Source: Nitrospirota bacterium
Lineage (GTDB): Bacteria > Nitrospirota > Nitrospiria > Nitrospirales > Nitrospiraceae
Assembly (NCBI GenBank): GCA_004296885.1
Contig: SCVN01000018.1
Coordinates: 2,980-66,979 of the forward strand
Length of the DNA: 64,000 nucleotides
Direction of reading: 5' to 3'
Shown: positions 57,922 to 64,000 of the stretch, piece after piece
Position numbering within the stretch: the stretch's first letter is position 1
How the letters are laid out: every line of letters begins with the position of its first letter
The notes under the pieces: generated by a model
What the model saw: only the letters and a program-made list of their open reading frames with translations
What the model was told of the DNA's origin: nothing
The model's database searches: none
Translations under genes and position numbers: made by a program

Positions 57922-58455
57922 ATGAAACACATTCTCTTCAATACGGGACGGCTGCTGCTCATGGGCATCATTATGGTCCTGGGCTCTGCGCAGCTCGGCT
58001 TGGCGCAAACCGAGGGGCCTCCGGCCCGCGAATGGTCGGGCGGCGCAGCCATCGGTTTTTTGGGCAACACGCCGGACGGGACCGCCTTTGCCCTCAATAT
58101 GCACGGAGATCGATTCCTGACCCGAAGCTTTTCGATCGGGCCGTTGATGCAATTGGGCGTGACGGGAGACATGACCCAGGTCGGGCTGTCCGGTCAGGGG
58201 AAGTATTGGATCGACATTCCGGACACGTCCGACAAACTGAAGCTGGTCTTGCAAGGCGGGTTGGGCTTCGCGCATGCGGATCTGCGCGGGTCCGACACCT
58301 CCTGGTTGATCCCGCTCGGGGTCGGACTCGACTACAAAGTGGACGAACGAATGGCGCTGACCTCGACATTCCTCCTCAATTTCACCGATCTCCAGCCGAG
58401 TCCGGGAACCCATACCACCGTGATGCCCGGGCTCACCGTCGGAGTGCGATTCTAG
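57922..58455 (+). CDS. Small outer-membrane beta-barrel protein
   Basis: Signal peptide ...LGLAQ, alternating strands and C-terminal GLTVGVRF. RBS AAGGAGG. Confidence 0.7.
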   Translation: MKHILFNTGRLLLMGIIMVLGSAQLGLAQTEGPPAREWSGGAAIGFLGNTPDGTAFALNMHGDRFLTRSFSIGPLMQLGVTGDMTQVGLSGQGKYWIDIPDTSDKLKLVLQGGLGFAHADLRGSDTSWLIPLGVGLDYKVDERMALTSTFLLNFTDLQPSPGTHTTVMPGLTVGVRF

Positions 58456-58546
58456 GCCCAGCGCAACGATCCTGCCTGTTGCCTTCTGGTTGCCCGGGCA
58501 AGAGCGTGACGACAGCCGCAGGATCGCCGGAAAGGAGGGACAGGAG

Positions 58547-58840
58547 ATGAAACCGGTATGCCTCGTGCTCGTGGTGGCATTGATCGGCTCCATGGCCGGC
58601 TGCGCAGGGATGACGGATGAGCAGCAGCGATTGCTTTCCGGCGGCGGCATTGGGACGGCCGGAGGCGTGGCGCTCGCCGCGGTCACAGGAGGGAGCCTGC
58701 TGATCGGAGCCGTCGTAGGGGGCGCCGCTGGTGTCGCAGGAGGTACGCTGGTGAACGAGCAAGAAAAGAAGAAATCCGCGAAAACTGCAACAGGGAAAAA
58801 GACCCGTGCGGTGCAGAGACAAGAAACGAAGGCGGATTAG
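58547..58840 (+). CDS. Glycine-zipper lipoprotein
   Basis: Lipobox MAGC, a GGGIGTAGGVALAAVTGGSLLIGAVVGGAAGVAGG segment and a Lys-rich tail. Confidence 0.7.
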   Translation: MKPVCLVLVVALIGSMAGCAGMTDEQQRLLSGGGIGTAGGVALAAVTGGSLLIGAVVGGAAGVAGGTLVNEQEKKKSAKTATGKKTRAVQRQETKAD

Positions 58841-58945
58841 CGCCCGACGAATCGTGACCGTCCCCACGGCACCGTGCAAACCGCCGCGGGATTGCCTCGA
58901 GGGATTCCGACCCATGGCCAATCAACAAGGAGCAGGAGGAGCATC

Positions 58946-59503
58946 ATGATGACGACGAAAGAGTTTGTTCGCGCCGTTTTCGGTGGATTCGCCCTTGTCC
59001 TCGTGGCGGTCCCCCTCCTTTGGGCCCAAGCTGATCAGGATGAAGGGCGCCTGCAAGCCGCCAACGTGGCCATCGACAAAGACGCCGCATCCAAAGGATC
59101 GGCCGTTCAGGCGCAGACTCTGTCCAAACAGTTCAACGTCCCATCGAGCCAAATTGAAAGCATGCGCGCCCAAAAGCAAGGGTGGGGTGAAATCACCATT
59201 CAGCTCGCCATGGCGCAACATCTGACCCAGACTGCCCCCCAGACCTATCCCTCCATGAACGAGGCGCTGGCGAAGATTGAGACGCTGCGAAACGAACACA
59301 TGGGCTGGGGCAAGATTGCGAAGGACCTCGGCTTCAAGTTGGGACCTGTGGTCCGCGACGCCGAACAGGCACGGCAAGATCTGGCAAAAGACCTCCGTGC
59401 GGCAAGGACGGAGCAGGCGACCAGACAAGAACGGACGGAACGACCCGATCGTCCCGTGAGGCCGGAGCGACCGGAACGGCCCGAACGGGCCGCCCACAGG
59501 TAG
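58946..59503 (+). CDS. Hypothetical secreted protein with a C-terminal (E/D)RP repeat tail
   Basis: Signal peptide ...LLWAQA and tail ERTERPDRPVRPERPERPERAAHR. RBS GGAGGAG. Confidence 0.6.
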   Translation: MMTTKEFVRAVFGGFALVLVAVPLLWAQADQDEGRLQAANVAIDKDAASKGSAVQAQTLSKQFNVPSSQIESMRAQKQGWGEITIQLAMAQHLTQTAPQTYPSMNEALAKIETLRNEHMGWGKIAKDLGFKLGPVVRDAEQARQDLAKDLRAARTEQATRQERTERPDRPVRPERPERPERAAHR

Positions 59504-59597
59504 CCAGGCCCGCATTATCTCCCCGATCCAGCGAGGGGAAGGGGGGAGGGCCAGGAATTGTCGGATGGTGGCTTCCGGCCCCTCCCGGCGGGCATGC

Positions 59598-59930
59598 ATG
59601 AAGGGAATCCCCATGGCGGCGCGTTCTCTGCGGCGGGTGAGTATGCTGGGGGCCATGCTCTTCGGTGTGGCCGCGTGTACGCCCTGGGAAGTCACGTATC
59701 TGGAGAACGCGGTCAACCAAGCCAGCCAGGAGGAGGTGGCCGAGCGTTTCGGCTCTCCGCACAGCACGACCGGGTCGAACGCGAGCGAGTCCGAATGGAT
59801 CTACCGATATCGCGGGAGCCCCATCGGCCCCATGGGCGGTTTCGATACCGGCGACGATTCTTGCCGTGAGTATGTGTTGACCTTTGATCAACAGGGCACA
59901 TTGCGCAATTGGAAACGGCAGCAATGCTAA
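59598..59930 (+). CDS. Small lipoprotein (BamE/SmpA-OmlA-like fold suspected)
   Basis: Lipobox GVAAC. Pattern QEEVAERFGSPHS...EWIYRY...YVLTFDQQGTLRNW. Confidence 0.5.
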   Translation: MKGIPMAARSLRRVSMLGAMLFGVAACTPWEVTYLENAVNQASQEEVAERFGSPHSTTGSNASESEWIYRYRGSPIGPMGGFDTGDDSCREYVLTFDQQGTLRNWKRQQC

Positions 59931-59984
59931 ATACGTGCAAGAGGGCCGACCTCCTGTTTTCTGTTCGGCGGTGGAGAGCGAATC

Positions 59985-60875
59985 ATGGGGACTTCCGCAA
60001 ACAGGAAGAATGCAGCGGTCAGGCGTACGATCGCTTTCAGCGGACTTCTCAAAATCCTGCTCACGATCCTCGCGGTCTGCTGGGGTGTCTTCCCTCAATC
60101 CGGTGAGGCATCCGAAGACAATTGGCAGATAGGGCTCTCGGCGTACCATTCATCGGGAACCTACGGCACCGGCTCGCGGACCACCATTACCTCGATTCCG
60201 CTCTCCATACGCCGTTTGTTCGATGATGGTGACATCACGCTCATCATCCCCTACCTGTCGGTCACAGGCGACTGCAACGTGACGTTGCTCAGCGGCGTGC
60301 CGAACCAAACGGGCGGGACTTGTCCGACAAGAACCGTGGTCCGTAACGGACGCAATGTGCAGACGCAAACGCTGAACACCCGCACGACCGAGACCGGCAT
60401 CGGAGACACGCTACTCCAGGGCCGATACTACGTTCTGGATGAACAAGGGCTGCTGCCCACCGTCGCACTCACGGCTCGAGTCAAGTTCCCCACGGCCGAT
60501 GCAAGTCGGGGGCTGGGGACGGGTGAATTTGACGAGAAATTCGGCGTTCAGCTGTCCAAGAATCTCACGGCCCGATGGGTGAGTTTCGCCGACGTCGGCT
60601 ACACCTTTGTCGGTTCTCCACCGGGGGTCGCGCTCAGGAACCAATGGAATTACGATATTGGGCTCGGCTACGCCTTGACGCCCAACCTGCTCGGCAGTGT
60701 CTACTACGAATATTGGACCGCCGTGGTTTCCGGGCTGCAGGACCCCCAAGACCTTTACTTTGACCTGAGTTATAAGGTGAGCCAGATGTTTCGGCTCAAT
60801 GCGGGGCTTCTGGTAGGACTTTCGGACGGCGCACCCGATTATGGCGTGACGGGGGGCATTGCCGTCAGATTCTAG
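59985..60875 (+). CDS. Outer-membrane beta-barrel protein (MetA-pathway/transporter-family-like)
   Basis: Signal peptide, GIGDTLLQGRYY, PTVALTARVKFPTAD..GLGTGEFD and C-terminal GGIAVRF. Confidence 0.6.
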   Translation: MGTSANRKNAAVRRTIAFSGLLKILLTILAVCWGVFPQSGEASEDNWQIGLSAYHSSGTYGTGSRTTITSIPLSIRRLFDDGDITLIIPYLSVTGDCNVTLLSGVPNQTGGTCPTRTVVRNGRNVQTQTLNTRTTETGIGDTLLQGRYYVLDEQGLLPTVALTARVKFPTADASRGLGTGEFDEKFGVQLSKNLTARWVSFADVGYTFVGSPPGVALRNQWNYDIGLGYALTPNLLGSVYYEYWTAVVSGLQDPQDLYFDLSYKVSQMFRLNAGLLVGLSDGAPDYGVTGGIAVRF

Positions 60876-61154
60876 ATTCTATGCGCGGCTACATCGGTGT
60901 TCCCTAACAGTCATTGCTGAACTTGCACAAATTAACCATCTCAGGGATTCGTGGATAGGGATCAATGCAGACCGGATCCGGCAGAGGCCAGAAACCGTTC
61001 CTTGCGAAGCCAAATTCTGGTCCGACCGGCCGTACGAGGCCCCCACGGCTTCTCATATTTCGCCGGCCGGCTGCCGTGGAATCCCGTAGCATGGCCTGGA
61101 AACAAGCAGCCAGATCAATAGGTTGCGCCTATCAATCCGCATGGCATCTGCTCT

Positions 61155-61170
61155 CGGCACTGGACTTGCT
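61155..61170 (+). promoter_or_regulatory. sigma-54-type -24/-12 promoter candidate
   Basis: CGGCAC-TGGAC-TTGCT, 26 nt upstream of ATG 61196, implying a short leader. Confidence 0.45.
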
Positions 61171-61195
61171 CCCCTCGAATAGAGGAGTCAAGGAC

Positions 61196-63520
61196 ATGGG
61201 CCAGCTCTGGACGGTAGCGCGGACAGCGGCGGCGATCCTGCTTCTCACCTCCCTGTATTTCGTTGCCGGAAAACTGGGGTTGCGGCTGGCTTTCACGAAC
61301 GCCAGCGCCAGCACCGTCTGGCCATCCACCGGCATCGCACTGGCCGCACTGCTCCTTCTGGGATATCGGGTCTGGCCGGGCATTTTCGCCGGCGCCTTTC
61401 TGGTCAATCTAACGACCACGGGGTCGCTGCAGACGACGCTCGGCATCGCGCTCGGCAATACGCTCGAAGGGCTGACCGGCGCCTATTTTGTGAATCGGTT
61501 TGCCCACGGGCGCCACACCTTCGACCGTGCATCGGATGTTTTTATGTTTGCGGGCCTGGCCGGCATGGTGAGCACGGCCATCAGCGCCACCTGCGGCGTG
61601 ATCAGCCTCTCCCTCGGCGGGTATGCCGAGTGGGCCGACTTCCGTTCGATCTGGCTGACCTGGTGGCTCGGGGACGCGGGAGGCGCGCTGCTCATCACAC
61701 CGGTATTGCTGCTCTGGGCCCTCAATCCGCGCGTGGACTGGCCCCGCGACCAGGCCATCGAGGCGCCGCTGCTGCTACTGACGCTCGTGGCGGTCGGACA
61801 AGCCGTGTTCGGCGGATGGTTGTCCGACGCCATGACGCCCTATCCTCTGGCCTACCTGTGCGTGCCGGTCCTTGCCTGGGCGGCATTCCGATTCGGCCCG
61901 CGTGAAACCGCCACCGTCTCGCTCCTGCTCGCCGGACTCGCCGCCTGGGGCACCCTCCGCGGACACGGGCCCTTCGTGGGCCACACACAGGACGAGTCCC
62001 TCATCCTCCTGCAGACGTTCATGGTGCTCACGGCGGCGATCACGCTGGCCCTGGCCACCATCGTCGCGGATCGGCGCCGGGCGGCCGCCATGCGCGCCCA
62101 GCTCGCCGCCATCGTCGAGTCTTCCGACGACGCGATCATCAGCAAGACGCTGGCAGGAAACATCCTCAGCTGGAACATCGCGGCCGAGCGGATCTTCGGC
62201 TATGCCGCGGATGAGGTCATCGGACGTCCAGCCGCCCTCCTTATCCCTCCGGATCGCCTCAACGAAGAGCCCGCCATTCTCCGGCACCTCACGCGCGGCG
62301 AACGCATCGAGCACTTCGAGACCGTGCGGCAACGGAAGGACGGGACACTCCTCGACGCATCCCTGATGATCTCCCCGATCAAAGACGCCGAAGGCGCCAT
62401 CATCGGGGTCTCCACAATCGTGCGCGACATTTCCGAACGCAAGCGCGCCGAGAAGACGTTGGAAGACACGAACCGGGAGCTGGTCGCCCGAATCCAGGAC
62501 CTGGAGCACCAGTCCTGCCAGATCATGCTGCTCAGTCAATTGGGGGAACTGCTCCAGTCATGCCACACCATAGAGGAGGTCTATGCCATCATCGGCACAT
62601 TCGCGCCGCAACTCTTTCCGGACGAGCCGGGATTCCTGGGGATCATGAGCGAGTCCGGCCATTTGGTCGAGGCGGCCGTCACATGGCATTCTCCGCTCGC
62701 CAGCAAGACCGATTTCCAATTGGACGAGTGTTGGGCGTTGCGGCAGGCCCGGCTCCATGCCGTAGGGGAAACCCGCGCCGGACCGTTTTGCCAGCACCTC
62801 GACCGCCCGTTTCCCCTCGGCTATCTCTGTGTGCCCATCATGGCCGAAAGCGAGACGCTCGGCTTGCTCTACGTGCAGAGCAACCGGCATGCCCCAACGC
62901 GCGCCGTTCGCCACACGGACTTGTCGGATTCCTCCACGCAACGGATGGCGCAGGCCATGGCCCAGCACATCGCCCTGGCGATCGCCAATCTGAAGTTGCG
63001 CGCGGTCCTCCGCGCGCAAGCGATACGGGACCCGCTCACCGGTTTGTTCAACCGGCGCTACCTGACCGAATTGCTGGAGCTGGAGTTGCGCCGCGCTCAG
63101 CGGAGCCGCTATTCCGTCGGGGTGGTCATGCTGGACATCGACCATTTCAAACGGGTGAACGACACCTTCGGCCATCAAGCCGGAGACATGTTGTTGCGCG
63201 AATTCGCCGCGCTCCTGAATACGAACTGCCGGGGCGGAGATATCGTCGCGCGGTTCGGGGGCGAGGAGTTCGTACTGGTGTTACCCTCCGCATCGTTGGA
63301 AGACGCGGCGCGACGGGCGGAAACGCTGAGGAAGGCCGCCGGAGATCTGCAGTTGGTCCGTGACCACCAGACACTTGGGCCCGTCACCGTCTCCCTCGGC
63401 GTTGCAGTGTTCCCGAATCATGGAACGACTGGCGAGGCTTTGATCCAGGCGGCCGACTCCGCTCTCTATCAAGCCAAGCAACGTGGACGCAACCAAGTGG
63501 TGTCCGTGGAATCTTCGTGA
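61196..63520 (+). CDS. Diguanylate cyclase: MASE1-like membrane domain, PAS, GAF-like, GGDEF
   Basis: Multi-TM N-terminus (WWLGDAGGALLITP) and PAS (IISKTLAGNILSWNIAAERIFGY). The GGDEF domain has RDPLTGLFNRR, active site GGEEF and I-site RGGD. Confidence 0.9.
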   Translation: MGQLWTVARTAAAILLLTSLYFVAGKLGLRLAFTNASASTVWPSTGIALAALLLLGYRVWPGIFAGAFLVNLTTTGSLQTTLGIALGNTLEGLTGAYFVNRFAHGRHTFDRASDVFMFAGLAGMVSTAISATCGVISLSLGGYAEWADFRSIWLTWWLGDAGGALLITPVLLLWALNPRVDWPRDQAIEAPLLLLTLVAVGQAVFGGWLSDAMTPYPLAYLCVPVLAWAAFRFGPRETATVSLLLAGLAAWGTLRGHGPFVGHTQDESLILLQTFMVLTAAITLALATIVADRRRAAAMRAQLAAIVESSDDAIISKTLAGNILSWNIAAERIFGYAADEVIGRPAALLIPPDRLNEEPAILRHLTRGERIEHFETVRQRKDGTLLDASLMISPIKDAEGAIIGVSTIVRDISERKRAEKTLEDTNRELVARIQDLEHQSCQIMLLSQLGELLQSCHTIEEVYAIIGTFAPQLFPDEPGFLGIMSESGHLVEAAVTWHSPLASKTDFQLDECWALRQARLHAVGETRAGPFCQHLDRPFPLGYLCVPIMAESETLGLLYVQSNRHAPTRAVRHTDLSDSSTQRMAQAMAQHIALAIANLKLRAVLRAQAIRDPLTGLFNRRYLTELLELELRRAQRSRYSVGVVMLDIDHFKRVNDTFGHQAGDMLLREFAALLNTNCRGGDIVARFGGEEFVLVLPSASLEDAARRAETLRKAAGDLQLVRDHQTLGPVTVSLGVAVFPNHGTTGEALIQAADSALYQAKQRGRNQVVSVESS

Positions 63521-63676
63521 CCGGTTCGGCGACGACCAGGTTGGCTCCGGCGGATGAAGGTTCGCGCGCGGCGCAAGGACACCGCTCACCGCGCTAAACT
63601 ACCCCCTCACCCCGGATAGTTTCATGAAATGACTGCCAGCCGGGAAACCAGGCGGGGAGCAAGGAGCGAGAAAAAC

Positions 63677-63824
63677 GCTGAGCGGAGGGTGGATCGCGAG
63701 AGCTCCTGCCATGGTGGGGATCTCGGAGGGGCTTCAGGCTTCCCGGACGACCGGGCCTGCACACCACCCCTGCGCCTAACCCCCTGCTCCTACAGTGTTC
63801 CTCTCTCCAACACCTCCGCTCAGC
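63677..63824. repeat. 12-bp perfect inverted repeat enclosing 124 nt in ORF-poor DNA
   Basis: GCTGAGCGGAGG (63677-88) pairs with CCTCCGCTCAGC (63813-24). Could be an RNA stem or the termini of a small element. Confidence 0.4.
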
Positions 63825-63918
63825 TACCAGGTAACCTCCATCCCGATGCGATCAAGAGAGGCCGGCGCGATCTTAGCCTGGAACCCATCCTCCACATCAA
63901 TTCCGCATTGAGTCATTC

Positions 63919-63961
63919 GGCTACAGTGACGGGATCAGCCCATGGTGCGGATGGCTACAGT
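63919..63961. promoter_or_regulatory. Two direct copies of GGCTACAGT (reverse orientation of the CTGTAGC element)
   Basis: Copies at 63919-27 and 63953-61, plus CCTACAGT at 63789-96, all in the unannotated 3' end of the window. Confidence 0.3.
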
Positions 63962-64000
63962 CAAGGACGGAGGCCATCCCTCTTCGTCCTTGTCTTCATT

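Noticed and set aside
59440-59491. Short tandem 9-nt periodicity (CGNCCNGAN) that could be mistaken for a repeat array.
   Set aside because: It is in-frame coding sequence for the (E/D)RP repeat tail of the secreted protein at 58946-59503.
63629-64000. Plus-strand frame open for 124 codons to the window end. It is not in the ORF track because it has no stop.
   Set aside because: It is rich in codons rarely used by the confident genes here (CTA, AGA, AGG, GGA, TCA, ACA, AGT). The translation is low-complexity with no motifs, and the frame runs through the 12-bp inverted repeat. It is probably non-coding, but this cannot be settled without the flanking sequence.

Overview
GC-rich (low 60s % by eye, not computed) chromosomal segment of a Gram-negative bacterium, judged from Mla lipid-transport genes, many outer-membrane beta-barrels and lipoproteins, and abundant c-type cytochromes. 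The lineage cannot be assigned from sequence alone; Nitrospirota-like is only a guess. I call about 70 protein genes. They lie in tight operons that are often translationally coupled through ATGA or GTGA overlaps. In order: an FNR-like regulator, PSP1/RicT, ftsH and mlaEFD plus an auxiliary lipoprotein. Next come two paralogous pairs of class I cytochrome c with a C-terminal-CXXCH (c-prime-like) cytochrome, and a sulfite-oxidase-like Mo-enzyme cluster with OsmC, 2-heme and 4-heme cytochromes, DsrE and a glutaredoxin-membrane fusion. Then a three-gene pyruvate/2-oxoacid:ferredoxin oxidoreductase, a GNAT/ADP-forming acetyl-CoA synthetase fusion, and a stress-type operon (small wHTH and Zn-ribbon proteins, Hsp20, phosphoribosyltransferase, BCAM0308-like, CBS, HAD-ATPase fusion, cytochrome c, CBS-TM). 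After that a SulP-STAS-cNMP transporter, and a long operon acs-E1alpha-YtxH-E1beta-TauE-E2-ACP-PPK2-PPK2. The rest is COG2403-arcC-small ORF-PolX, a PH-domain/protease/FHA-protease trio plus a tandem USP, a Zn-ribbon/bactofilin/receiver operon, an NtrC-type two-component system with a divergent envelope-protein cluster, and a MASE1-PAS-GAF-GGDEF cyclase. I saw no rRNA, tRNA, CRISPR array, transposase or integrase. The main non-coding signal is a set of sigma-54-type (-24/-12) promoter matches in front of most operons. Several of them carry a CTGTAGC element at a nearly fixed distance of about 95 bp upstream. Also notable are a duplicated PPK2 3' fragment flanking the SulP gene, a possible structured RNA at 31.9-32.2 kb, and an ORF-poor repeat-rich 3' end. 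All calls come from reading the translations and DNA by eye; no database search was run.
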